A DNA stretch of 64,000 nt from Heptranchias perlo. Its lineage: Eukaryota. Below the pieces are notes generated by a model. That model saw only the letters and a list, made by a program, of their open reading frames with translations. It ran no database searches and was not told the DNA's origin. Both the position numbers and the translations under genes were made by a program. Below, piece by piece: positions 36,358 to 48,192 of the stretch (position 1 is its first letter; the number at the start of each line of letters is the position of its first letter). The stretch is taken from positions 45,198,001-45,262,000 of the forward strand of contig NC_090328.1 in assembly GCF_035084215.1 (NCBI RefSeq), read 5' to 3'.

Positions 36358-36952
36358 GCTTAACCTCCTTGGGAGTATATCATGGTCTTTATATATACAG
36401 AAAAATCTTTACTGCCAATACATAGTGTGAAACTCAGTAATATCATGCAACTTTTTCAAATGGTGCAATTTTATTGTATTATGTGGAGCATTCTGGATGT
36501 TCTGATTTTCTGTCAGCTGAACTGACATTGTTTGAATCAGTACATTTTATTTATATACTGCAAAATGCTTATTCTGAAATTTCTAATTTTATGAATTTGA
36601 CCTATTTTTTAAGATGTGCACAGCATGTGTTTATTAATAACTTGTCTACTGAGTGAATATGTAATAGACACTTCATGAAATGAATAGTATTGATGATCTG
36701 AAGAAACTTATTTTTTAAAAAATGTATATTGGCATGGGGCATGGTGAAAACAGTGTCAGCATCCCAACCAGATAGTAGTGAGTTCAATAGTGTCTCAGTT
36801 GAAATTACTGTTTCATGTTATCTTCCAAGTTGAGTTGCTGATGTACTCTCACTCTGGAATGACCATCACCACGTTCTTTTCTGACTGAGTTCATTTGGAT
36901 TTAGTTTGAATACTTGAACATGTTGTCAATCTAAAAAAATTTCTGCTTGCAG

Positions 36953-37114
36953 ATTCAAGCAATGATGTTCCCTGGAGTTACAATTAATAGAATAGAAGGT
37001 ATTTTGGAAGGGCAATTCTATATGGAAGCATTGAAGGAAATACGCTTCCACTTGTCATCCAAATTTTTTCCACCTGCACATCTTCTGCAGTCTCTTTTGC
37101 AACAGATTCTGGAG
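36953..37114 (+). CDS. SLF1: SLF1 exon 8 (IQAMMFPGVTINRIEGILEGQFYMEALKE...FFPPAHLLQSLLQQILE)
   Basis: TTCTGCTTGCAG|ATT, GAG|GTGAGT; 162 nt, phase 0. Matches recalled FP...N.IE..IEG.F..EA..E..PP..LH.LL. Confidence 0.92.
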
Positions 37115-37404
37115 GTGAGTTGAAAAGCTTCAGTGCTTAATTAAATTTCTTCATCTCTAACTGTTATTTTTTTCTTTTGGTGGGGAATGTATAACCAGTT
37201 TCAACTAGCTTCGAGTTGTGGGTGCCACCAGCATGTGAAAGTTTTGCACAGCTGAATGGCTATTACACATGAGCCATTTCAAAAATAAAGACATATTTGT
37301 TCTTTTCACTTAACTGTCTCCAATTGCCTATCCCAGTTTTAACAGAATGCAGAAAGACTTGCAGATAACTCTTGCTTTTGGGCATCAAAGTCAGACAGAA
37401 AAAA

Positions 37405-37685
37405 AATTAGCTCTTCAGATGGATTTAAAAGATGACATGGTACTATTCGAAGAAAGCTGGGAGCTCTGCTGGTATTCAGGGCAATGTTCCTCCTTCAACC
37501 AAAACCATGAAAAGCAGAGTAGTTGGTCATTCAATTATTTTTTGCTGTTTGTAGGACTTTGCTATGTGCATATTAGTTCCTGCATTTGCCTATGTAACAG
37601 CCACTGTGCCTCAAAGTAATTCATTGGTTGTGAAGAGCTTTATAATGTCTTGAGGATATAATGAGGCATTGTATTCTTTCTTTCT
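37405..37685 (+). mobile_element. Deu-domain SINE, 3' half
   Basis: GATGGATTTAAAAGATGACATGGTACTATTCGAAGA...AAAGTAATTCATTGGTTGTGAAG. Confidence 0.65.
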
Positions 37686-37733
37686 ATTAGTGGAAAAATG
37701 ACTTTTTATAGTATAATGTGTGTATGAGAGATT

Positions 37734-38965
37734 ATCATAGAATAGAATCATAGAATGGTTACAGCACGGAAAGAGGCCATTGGGTCCATCGAGTCCATGT
37801 CAGCTCTCCAAGAGCAATCCAGCTAGTCCTACTCCCCCACCCTTTCCCCGTAGCCCTGCAAATTTTTTCCCTTCAAGTACTTATCCAATTCCCTTTTGAA
37901 AGCCACGATTGAATCTGCCTCCACCACCCCCTCAGGCAGTGCATTCCAGATCATAACCACTCGCTGTGTAAAAAAAAGTTTTTCCTCATGTCACCTTTGG
38001 TTCATTTGCCGATTACCTTAAAACTATGTCCTCTGGTTCTTAACCCTTCTGCCAATGGGAACAGTTTCTCTCTATCTACTCTGTCTAGACCCTTCATGAT
38101 TTTGAATACCTCTATCAAATCTGCTCTCAACCTTCTCTGCTCTAAGGAGAACAACCCTTCTCCAGTCTATCCATGTAACTAAAGTCCTTCATCCCTGGAA
38201 CCATTCTGATAAATCTCTTCTGCGCCCTCCAAGGCCTTCACATCCTTCCTAAAGTGCAGTACCCAGAATTGGACACAATACTCCAGTTGTGGCCGAACCA
38301 GTGTTTTATAAAGGTTCATCATAACTTCCTTGCTTTTGTACTGTATGCCTCCAGTCTGAAAAACAAACGTTCACCACTACTGTTTCCTGTCACTTAGCCA
38401 ATTTCATATCCGTGCTGCCATTGCCCCTTTTATTCCATGGGCTTCAACTTTGACGACAAGCCTATTATGCGGCATTTATCAAACGCCTTCTGGATGTCCA
38501 TATACACTACATCAACCGCATTGCCCTCATCGACCCTCTCTTACCTCATCAAAGAACTCAATCAAGTTAGTTAAACACGATTTGCCTTTAACAAATCCAT
38601 GCTGGCTTCCCTTAATTAATCCACACTTGTCCAAGTGACTTAATTTTGTCCCAATTATCATTTCTAAAAGTTTCTCCACCACTGAGGTTAAACTGACTGG
38701 CCTATAGTTGCTGGGTTTATCCTTGCACCCTTTTTGGAAGAAGGGTGTAAAATTTGCAATTCTCCAGTCCTCTGGCACCACCCCTGTATCTAAGGATGAT
38801 TGGAAGATTATGGCCAGTACCTCTGCAATTTCCACCCTTACTTCCCTCAGCAACCTAGGATGCATCCCATCTGGACTGGGAGTGACTTATCTACTTTAAC
38901 TACAGCCAGCCTTTCTAGTACCTCCTCTTTATCAAATTTTAGCCCATCCAGTATCTCAACTACCC
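37734..38965 (-). mobile_element. CR1 LINE with internal deletion
   Basis: Tail ATCATAGAATAGAATCATAGAATGG; VVPEDWRIAN..NYRPVSLTSVV..SQHGFVKGKSCLTNLIEFF. Confidence 0.88.
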
Positions 38966-39094
38966 AGATTAGGTGATACTGTGGCTCTATCTCTTAGGGG
39001 CTCTGTTCAAATCCAGATTATACTGTTGGGCTGCAAGTTTGCTGTATTCTTGAGATGCAGCAATGCTAACAAAGCTGCATTTATTGTCCCTCCA

Positions 39095-39550
39095 TAGCTT
39101 TCCTGGCCAGCCCTCCCACCTTGTACCCTCCGTAAACTTGAGTTCATCAAAAACTCTGCTGCCCGTACCCTAACTCACACCAAGTCCTGTTCACCCATCA
39201 CCCCTTTGCTTACTGACCTACATTGGCTCCCAGTCTGGCAACACCTTGATTTAACATTCTCATCCTTGTTTTCAACCCTCTGATCTTGGCGCTCTTCCAA
39301 TTCTGGCCTCTTGCACATCCCTAATTTTCTTTGCTCCACCATTAGCAGCTGTGCCTTCAGCTGCCTAGGCCCTAAGCTCTGGAATTCCCTCCCTTATCTA
39401 TATCTATCAAGACCTACCTCATTGACCAAGCTTTTGGTCACCTGACCTAATATCTTTGTGGCTCGATGTAAAATTTTGTTTGATAATCACTCCCGTGAAG
39501 CTCCTTGGGATGTTTTACTACATTAAAGACGCTATATAAATGCAAGTTGT
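39095..39550 (+). mobile_element. L2 3' fragment with terminus
   Basis: L2 C-terminus and tail GACGCTATATAAATGCAAGTTG. Confidence 0.85.
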
Positions 39551-39552
39551 CA

Positions 39553-40860
39553 TTAGTTGCCCTGAGAAGATGATAATCGGCCTTCTCCTTATGCTGATGC
39601 ATCCATGGTGTTAAGTAGCAATGACAATGAAGGAATGGCAATATATGTCCAAGTCAGGATGCTGTGTGACTAGGAGGGGAACTTGGAGTTGATGGTGTTG
39701 CCATGTTCTTTCTTGACCCTCTTGATGGTAGGTGCTGGGAGGAGTTTTCGAAATAAGCTTGGTGAGTTGCTACAGTGAATCTGGTAGATAGTACATACTG
39801 CAGCCGCAGTGCACAAGTGGTGGAAGGAATGGATATTATGTTTAGTGGCAAAGGTGCTGATCAAGCTGCCTCCTTTACCCAGAATGCTGTCAAGCTTTGA
39901 GTGATACAGCTGTATCCATCCAAGTGAATGCTGAGAATTCCTTTATATTTGAGTCTTGCAAATGATGGAGAGTCTTTGAAAGCTCAAGAGGTGAGCCTGT
40001 CTTTGCAAAATACCATGCTCTGCCCTGCCCTGCTCTTCACGTTCTCCATAACATCACCCATCTCTGTCCATGGATCAGCCCATGTGCTGCTGAAACCCTC
40101 ATCTAGGCTTTATCTCCACTTATCTATTCCAGTGCTCCAATAGCTAAATTCCCATCTTCCACCCTCATCCAAAACCCTGCTGCCCATATCCCAACTGGCG
40201 TCAAGTCCTACACATCCATCACCCCTGTGCTCGTTGATCCACATCAGCTCGCAGTCCACCAGTTACTCAATTTTTAAATTCTCATCCTCGTGTTCAAATC
40301 CCTTCATGGTCTCGCCCCTACCTATCTCTGTGACCTCCTCCAGCCCTACAACCCTCCAAGAACTTTGTTCCTCTAACTCTAACGTCTTGTGCATCCCTCA
40401 CTTCCTTCGCCCCACCACTGGCGGCTGTGCTTTCAGCCGCCTAGGCCTAAGCTCTGGAATTCCCTCAAACATCTCCACCTCTCTCTCCTTAAAACCTACC
40501 TCTTTGACCAAGCTTTTAGTCACCCATCCTAATATCTTTCTTTAGCTCTGTGTCAGTTTTTGTCTGATTATGCTAAAAGGTGCTATATAAATGCAAGTTG
40601 TTGATATTATGGCTGGTCTAGTTGCGTTTCTGGTCATTGGTCTCCCATTCCCCGGGATGTTGATGATGGAGGAGTCAGTGATGCATTTGAAGGTTGGGAG
40701 AGGTGATTGGATTTTATCTTGGAGATGGTCATTGCGTGCCACTTACATGGCGCAAAAGCTACCTGCCACTTGTCCACCCCTGCCTGGATGTAGTGCTGGT
40801 GTTGCTGTGAACTGACATAGGCTGCTTCATTATCGGAGGAGTTGTGATTGGAGCTTAACA
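39553..40860 (-). mobile_element. old Zenon-like LINE fragment, split by an L2 (40030-40603)
   Basis: Degenerate homology to 5590-6380 on both sides (AAAVCTIY.IHCSNSP; DNEAA; DKWQVAFAPCK). Confidence 0.7.
40030..40603 (+). mobile_element. L2 3' fragment
   Basis: GGCAFSRLG..; tail GGTGCTATATAAATGCAAGTTGTTG. Confidence 0.85.
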
Positions 40861-40904
40861 CTAGAATAGTCAGTTGAGTATAAAGAGCGGCTAATTATTT
40901 GTAA

Positions 40905-41077
40905 AACAAAAATAAAAAAACTACAAATGCTGAAAATCTCAAATAAAACTCCTGTGAATACACCGCAGGTTAGTCAGCAAGAGAAAAGACATGTTATTGG
41001 CATTAATGGCCTGTCCTTTTCTCTTTACAAATATTAACTGACCTGCTATATACTTTTAGCATTTTCTGTCATTATTT
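40905..41077. repeat. palindromic fold-back repeat
   Basis: Inverted arms GCAGGTTAGTCAGCA / TATTAACTGACCTGC and AGAGAAAAGACA / TGTCCTTTTCTCT. Confidence 0.6.
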
Positions 41078-41191
41078 GAAAAGTTTGACACTAAAGACTT
41101 GTATGGTCAAAAAAAATGATATACGTTCCATTCAAATGGTGTAATACTGCCAGGTATCCACTAAACAAAAGCCATTTTGTTTTCATGGTAG

Positions 41192-41358
41192 GGTAACGTA
41201 GACATGGGTTTCTTGCACGAGTTCATCAGCATTATGCAAACTCTAGTTCTTAATCATCCACCCTGGCAACAGTCTTCGATAGTGAGTTACTATATGGGGA
41301 TTCTTCAGTGCTCCAATTGTGAGAAAGGAAGCTTGTTTCTTTTGGAGTCACTTGCAAG
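41192..41358 (+). CDS. SLF1: SLF1 exon 9 (GNVDMGFLHEF...NHPPWQQSSIVSYYMGILQCSNCEKGSLFLLESLAR)
   Basis: TTTTCATGGTAG|GGT, AAG|GTAAGA; 167 nt, phase 0 to 2. Conserved HPPW..YY...QC..C.KG. Confidence 0.93.
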
Positions 41359-41914
41359 GTAAGAAAATTGTGACTGTGTAAATACCAGGATTGACAGTAT
41401 TTTTCACATGATGACTACTGCACAATTTTCTTCATTTTAAGGCTGCTCCCTTAGCTTTGTTGAAAGATGTAGGTTCTCTTCAAGAACAAAAAAGTTCGTA
41501 ACTGCTCTTAAACAACGCGCAACATTACAGGTTCAACACTGAAATGCTGGAAAAGTCTTGGTAGTAATACTTGCACTTGACTATCTGTTGGTAACTCCCG
41601 CCCCAGCAATATTTTTATGTATTTAATGTTCATATTATCACCGAAGTTTGTTAAAGTGACTTTACTTTGCTAGCGAAAGCTTTTTATGATTTCAACCTGT
41701 GTATGTTCAGCTCTTTTACGAAGTCCAATACCTAGAAGCCAGTTTTCTCCATTGTTGGTACTCAATTTCAATTAAGAATCTGTTTTAATAACTTACAAGA
41801 TGTTAAAACTAATCAATCCTTTCTAATGGCTTTTTATTTAAAAAATTAGGTGAGAACCAATTAAGTCCAAATCATATTGGTTGTATATTCCACCCTTTGC
41901 CAGTGTTGAGGCTG

Positions 41915-42250
41915 AGCAGATTTAATAGAGATTTTAAAAATTATGAAGGGTTTTGATAGTGAATAGGGAGAGAGTATTTCATCTGCGTGAGGAGTCAGTG
42001 ATTGAGGGGGTCATCAACTTAAAATTGTAACTAACAGCAAGGAAAGAAATTAGGAGAAATTTATTTATGCAGAGAGCTTTTTATTGGACCAATGCATCTG
42101 GTCAGAGAAAATTGGATAAATATCTGAAGCGCAGGAACCTCCAGGGTTATGGGGAGAGCACAGGGCATTGGTATTAGTTTGGGATTGTTCTATCAAAGAG
42201 CCTGTACAAACATGATTGGCTAAATGGCCTCATTCTCTGCTGTAAAGTAT
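41915..42250 (+). mobile_element. old CR1 3' fragment
   Basis: GATTTAATAGAG..ATTATGAAGGGTTTTGATAG ... AAATGGCCTCATTCTCTGCTGTAA. Confidence 0.7.
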
Positions 42251-42297
42251 GAAAACTTCACTCCAGCTTTTTCCACGAACATTAATGAAAGGAGGAA

Positions 42298-42430
42298 AAT
42301 TTGTGCAAATTGGCTGCCGCGTTTCCCTATGTAATAACAGGAACTATCCTCCATAAGTACTTAATTGGCTGTGAAGTGCCTTGGGGCAATCCAGAGGTCA
42401 TGAAAGGCACTATATAAATACATTTTTTTT
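42298..42430 (+). mobile_element. DeuSINE 3' tail fragment
   Basis: GTGCAAATTGGCTGCCGCGTTTCCC...TGAAAGGCACTATATAAAT. Confidence 0.7.
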
Positions 42431-44498
42431 TTCTTTTTTAGTCAACATTGTTTTTAATATTAGTACAATGCCGGACAAACTATCTGATGTCAGATCTCAA
42501 ATTTGGGTCTCCTGGTTCCTGTAAGAAGTTGCAGAAATGCAGAATTTCTCTTGCATTTCTCCGAATCTATTGAGCTCCTCTATGAAAAGCCTTTTTTAAG
42601 GGTTGTTGCAATATGGGCTAAACATTCACATGAACCTATGGACTTTTTTTCATAATCTGTATAGATTATCTTTTGCCTACATTGGGTATGGACTGAATTC
42701 AAAAAAGAAATAAGTTTATACCCCGGTTAAGAGTTTAAAAAGGTAGTTTGGTTACAGGTGGGTGATTAGACATTTTTGCTCTTCAACTGAAACAGCATGC
42801 AGTTGTATGAATTTCCCCATTGCTAATTGCAGAAGAACTGTGCTCTAACCCAGATTTTTATAGCTAATGTTGAAAGGCCGATATTTGTAGGAGCATTTAA
42901 GAATCGTGAGAACTGGGTGACCAGCTGAAACAAAATGGCACGTACACTTGTTACAAATATTTGAGGGATGAGGTGGACTGGCTATGTGAAAGGAATGAAA
43001 AATTGACAAACAAGGATTCTGAATGATTACATCAGGGAAGAGGAAGACTAGGAGGGGGAAGTTAGGTGGATAGTGGAAAGGATGAACCTGAAAGGATGAG
43101 AAAACCATAAAACAAACCTTGAACCTAGCTAGATAGCTCTGATTATCATGATTGCTTACATAGGGTTTAATATCTGGTTTACATTAACAGATTTCTAACT
43201 ACAGCTTCAAATTACTGCTGAGGTGCTACTACTAGCTCCAGAGATAGTGGTTTTCTTGGGCTCATCCTGAAGCAGCACTAGTTGCCCTTTCTGGGTCTTC
43301 CCTAGCCATTAAAGGAAAAGCTGTAGTTGGAAATAAGTCACAATTTCCAACTTTAAAAAAAAAATTACACGTAGCAACTTGCACAGTTATTGGTGTTACT
43401 GCTGTGGGATCTGCCTGCAATGCAAATAGTCAGATTCCATAGCAGTAGGATCTCCAACATGTTCAGAACCACTTCTACTTAATATAAAAGGAACTTAATT
43501 TGCAGAGCATTAAGCAGAAATCTTTGCTTAAAGTGGCTATGTTAGTGTTATAAAAATGAGCTTACAGTGGTATTTATACATGCTATATTTACATTTTTTT
43601 GTTATTTGTTGCCATTACACACAAATCTTTAATCTATTTGAAGTGTACTTTATTGAAACCTTAATGCCTTGTTGACTTACACAGAACATGTGTGTATGGA
43701 ATTCTGTCATATTGTCCTGAGGACACAACATTGTTTTGCTAATTGTAACCTAATCATACCAAGATAAAATCACCATTTTACCGCTATATATAGAGTACAA
43801 AAAATTGTGACCATTTCTGTATAATATGAAGACCCATGAAAACACCTTCAATTTTTAATCACTTTGCACTATTTTTAAGAAAAGTACAAAAATGTCAACT
43901 AGGAAAGTGTCGACGGACTGCGACAATAGTATTAACAAAATTATCAATAACCAGTGGCAGAGTAGGTCTACAGAGTGCTTCTTTTGGAACGTGAAGTCTG
44001 GTGCTGGAAAAATTCAAGGCAAATAAAATAACAACGTTGATACTGGATTATGGGTATATGCAATTGTAAAATATACCCAGCAATGTGTCACCACTAATGC
44101 TGCATTCTTTTAACCTCCAATAAAGATAACAGAAAAACATTTGTTAATGCTGAAGGAACTTTGTTTTGTTGAGTACAAAATAAATTGCAAAATTCTTTTG
44201 CGTCCTATGTTTGTGAATTGGATTAACTTTAAAATTAATTTCCCTCATTTCCGCTTGAAGGGAATTATATTTAACATTTTACAAATATTGCTTACATTTA
44301 TTAAATTCTGAACAGAAAATTGCACTTTTAGAAAATGTAGCAAAAAATATCTCCATGTAATCTGAATCTGTAATTAACTTGAAGGCTTTGTTGTAACAGG
44401 AAACCAAGTCGCTGTAAGCAGTTCTGTTCTGTTTCTTTAAAAATACTTTCTTCTGCCATCCACTAATTTATAAATTAACTTTTAATTTGGAATCTTAG

Positions 44499-44639
44499 AT
44501 CCTGTGTTTATGATGAAGAACCTTGTCATCAGCCATCAAATCGAGAGCTGTCCATTTCAGAACTGAAGCCACTTTATAGATCACTATTAAAGTACTTCTT
44601 TGACCTGTTTGAGGCTGAACTAGAGGCTTTAAATAAAAG
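44499..44639 (+). CDS. SLF1: SLF1 exon 10 (SCVYDEEPCHQ...LLKYFFDLFEAELEALNK)
   Basis: ATCTTAG|AT, AAG|GTAATT; 141 nt, phase 2 to 2. Matches recalled SCLFNE.FCHQ..LLKFFFNL.E.E. Confidence 0.92.
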
Positions 44640-44744
44640 GTAATTTGGGATGAACTGTATAATGGGGCTGGGGCTTTGCCTTTGCTACGGGATCTTGCCG
44701 AGTGTGTGATTTTTGCAAACACCAGTGGGGATGTGAATTGTTAA

Positions 44745-45710
44745 CTTGGATTCTCTGGTAGTACTCTGGGTTAGAACAACAACAACTACTTGCATTTATA
44801 TAGCGCCTTTAACGTAGTTAAACGTCCTAAGGCGCTTCACAGGAGCGATTATCAAACAAAATTTTACACCGAGCCACATGAGATATTAGGACAGGTGACC
44901 AAAAGCACTGTAAAAGAGGTAGGTTTTAAGGAGCAAATTAAAGGAAGAGAGAGAGAGAGAGACGGGCAGAGAGGTTTGGGGGAAAATTAGAGTTTAAGAC
45001 TAGGCAGCTAAAGGCACAGCCGACAATGGTGGAGCGATTAAAATCAGCGATGCGCAAGAGGCAAGAATTGGTGGAGCGCAGAGATCTGAGGGTTGTAGGG
45101 CTGGAGGAGGTTACAGGGATAGGGAGGGACGAGGTCATGGAGGGATTTGAAAACAAGGATAAGAATTTTAAAATCGAAGCGTTCCCGGACCAGGAGCCAA
45201 TGTAGGTCAGCGAACACAGGGGTGATGGGTGAATGGGACTTGGTGCGAGTTAGGATACAGGTAGCAGAGTTTTGGTTGAGCTCAAGTTTATGGAGGGTGG
45301 AAGATGCGAGGCCGGCCAGGAGAGCATTGGAATAGTAAAGTCCAGAGGTAACAAAGGCATAGATGAGGGTTTCAGCAGCAGATGAGCTGAGGCAGGGGTG
45401 GAACTTTGTGGTTTGAGCCCCATACAAGACTTGTGCAAGTAATCTAGGCTAACACTCCAGTATAATACTGAGGGAAAGGTTTATTGTTAGAAGTGCCATC
45501 CTTTGAATGAGATGTTAGAAACGGAAGTCCTGTCTGCTTGGGTTGTTAAAATTCCCATAGCACTACTCATAGAGCAGGGTGTTCTACTGGTTAACATTCC
45601 TCTGTCAACTAATACCCACCAAAACACAGATGAACTGTGGGAGATTGCTAGTGCAGGTAATTCATCATGGAATGTATTTTGACATGGTAATGCACTGTAT
45701 AAATTAAAGT
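44745..45710 (+). mobile_element. Deu-domain SINE split by an L2 (44778-45400)
   Basis: Degenerate head at 44745-44777; B box and Deu core resume at ~45401. Confidence 0.55.
44778..45400 (-). mobile_element. young L2 3' fragment
   Basis: (AAC)n TTGCATTTATATAGCGCC tail; AETLIYAFVTSGLYYSNALLAG..DLHWL.V.ERFDFKIL. Confidence 0.9.
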
Positions 45711-45877
45711 ATCATAGCAGTGAGAATAATGCTAATCTGAGTGTCATGAGAAGGGATATGTCAGACTCCTGCGTGGTCATACATTTAAGTTATTCCCATT
45801 ATCAAAAACTGACTCTGCTACAACTACTGAGATTGAGACGGTGTAAATGTATTTTGTCTTCTATTCCTGTGTAATAG

Positions 45878-46037
45878 CTGTAATGAAAACAAAAACTATG
45901 GATTTTCTCGTACCATACCTCCTTCTGTCCTTGCACAATTTTTCTTGGAATATTCTGATGTGATGACCAATCCTGTTGCTGTTTTATTGGATTGTGTTCT
46001 TCAAGCAACTAGAGCACTGGTTAGGAAACCAAACGAT
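45878..46037 (+). CDS. SLF1: SLF1 exon 11 (SCNENKNYGFSR...MTNPVAVLLDCVLQATRALVRKPND)
   Basis: TTCCTGTGTAATAG|C, GAT|GTGAGT; 160 nt, phase 2 to 0. Similar to recalled LTKPVNMLLEW...SND. Confidence 0.87.
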
Positions 46038-46514
46038 GTGAGTGATATTAATCAATTACAACAAATTACAGTTTGGTTTTCAAGTGGCTTCTTTATATCC
46101 AAGACATTGATCTGATACATTGTCTTGAAAGTATCTATGTAAATAATCTGGGTATTTTCTGTACATGTGGAGAATGTGAAATTAAATTGAATTTTGTGAA
46201 CTGTTATTGCATTTGCCAGATTACACCAAAAATTTATGACAATCACCAGTTGAATGTTTTATGCTTTTATCATAATTATGCAATCAGAATTCTGGATGGG
46301 GATGGAAAGAAATGCACTGAATAAACTGGCGATTGAGTTAGGACAGGTAGTGTATTCAACTCTCAATCTCTGAAGGATTAGGGACTAGTTTAGGCCCTTT
46401 TACTTAATGTGCATTAATGGCTTTAAAAAAGTGATTAATTTGAACTTGAACAACTAGCTGTCAATTGTCACTATACATTGGTTCATTTTATATTTTCTTG
46501 ATCTCCGTTTTCAG

Positions 46515-46662
46515 AAAGCTTTCTGTGAAACAGCCTTCACCTTGCATGGCATATTGGGAGTAGTTGTGGAATATCGGCTTTTGGTAAACAGACTACGTGG
46601 GAAATCCTTATCTGGCCGAGCTTGGGATGATTTACTGTTTTACATTCCTATATGTTGTCAAG
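46515..46662 (+). CDS. SLF1: SLF1 exon 12 (KAFCETAFTLHGILGVVVEY...WDDLLFYIPICCQ)
   Basis: CTCCGTTTTCAG|AAA, AAG|GTAATG; 148 nt, phase 0 to 1. Confidence 0.9.
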
Positions 46663-46701
46663 GTAATGGCAGATGTCAATATATTACTTTGCAACCCTGA
46701 A

Positions 46702-46796
46702 TCACCACCACCTTCTCAAGGGCAATTAGGGGTGGGCAATAAATGCTAGCCTTGCCAGCGACGCCCACGTCCCATGAACTAATTTTTTTTTAAAAA
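46702..46796 (+). mobile_element. 3'-tail-only fragment of the Zenon-like LINE family
   Basis: TCACCACCACCTTCTCAAGGGCAATTAGGG.TGGGCAATAAATGC...CGACGCCCAC.TCCCATGAA. Confidence 0.85.
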
Positions 46797-47058
46797 CCCA
46801 TTCTGAATTTATTTTCTCAACTTCCATACTGATTTTGTTAATTCACATTGATCATAAGTTCACCAAAGATGCTGCAGTTGAGAAACAGAACTGTGCACTG
46901 ACAGCTCCAAAGACACAATAATGTTGTAAAATAATTTAAAGATTAGGATAAAAAATCAGTTGTACTTTTTTTTATTGATTTGGTTTGGGAGTTGATGTGA
47001 ATCTGTTTTTCCAAAAACTGTGATCATAATGGAAACTTAGACTTGTGATTCCTTTCAG

Positions 47059-47204
47059 ATTACAATCAAGAGGAAATAGAGATGTTGATTAAATTGATAC
47101 CATCACCTTGGCTGCAAATGTTCACTGCACATGCTATCTATAAGCAGATATGTTCCAATAATGGCATCGAAATATCTGAAAATTCTTTCTCACTCCACCA
47201 AATT
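47059..47204 (+). CDS. SLF1: SLF1 exon 13 (DYNQEEIEMLIKLIPSPWLQMFTAHAIYKQIC...FSLHQI)
   Basis: TTCCTTTCAG|AT, ATT|GTGAGT; 146 nt, phase 1 to 0. Conserved S.WLQMF.A.A..K..C. Confidence 0.94.
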
Positions 47205-48049
47205 GTGAGTATTAGTTTTGTCCAAAGTCTGTTGCATAGAGTAAATCGTTTGAACTTGCCTTTTTCTGCCAAGCTGCAGTATTTATAACCTTTTTACCCC
47301 CTCCCCTCACATGGCCTATTCAATTTACAAGTTACGAAAACCATTGTATGACAACATTTGAAGAAATTCTGAAATGTATTTTTTACTGAGTCTTGGGCTT
47401 CCTTATATAGTCCAGTTAATATGTAACCATCCTCGTTTGGGGAAGAGTGGGAGTAGTTACTTTGTGATTTTTTGGTATTTCGTTCAGTGTTAGAAGGATT
47501 ATTTAATATGTTTTATAATTTGCTCACTGACTAGAATGTTAAATTTGGACTAGAGACTCATTTAGTTGTTGGACTTTGAGATTGCAATCTCAATCACCAC
47601 ACCTTTTTAAATAGTTAAATATAACTTGTAGAACATGTAAAGCAATTTGTTTTATAAAATTCCTTGTTTAACATCCTAAGTGTGGAATTGTTTAACCTAA
47701 TATAAATGGAAATAGTGACTCAGTATTTTTGTGTTGTATTACTCAGTATTGGTTACTATTACAAAAACATTGACTGACTGTTTAAAATGTATCTTTTGAT
47801 ATTCTAAGAGGAGTTAGTGAAATTAAAGCATGGTTATAGTATTGGATTGTCTTACTTGAGCAGCAGCTGTGTAGTAGAAATGCTCAGTTATACATGCAGA
47901 CAGAAGTGGCAAACAAGAAGAAAAAAGTACCTCTGGGTATGACCTTATATTAGATCAGTAGTGACTGACTTTTAGGGCAGATGCCATTCAAATCCCACTG
48001 AGGCGAGTGGACTGCAAACCTCATTGAATAAATTTTCCTGTCTTGATAG

Positions 48050-48192
48050 ATCTCTTCATATTTAATAGCCCTGGGGAGGCTAGGAAGTTGTAGGAAAGTG
48101 ATGGTGAAGGACCCCAAGGGAAAGAAGATGGGACAGTGGCCTTGGCCTGAACCTTTGAGGCCGTCACTTGCTTCTGCCTGTCACCAGTTAAA
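48050..48192 (+). CDS. SLF1: SLF1 exon 14 (ISSYLIALGRLG...KKMGQWPWPEPLRPSLASACHQLK)
   Basis: TTTTCCTGTCTTGATAG|ATC, AA|GTAAGT; 143 nt, phase 0 to 2. Matches recalled VYSYLPALG..KKIGQRP. Confidence 0.9.
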
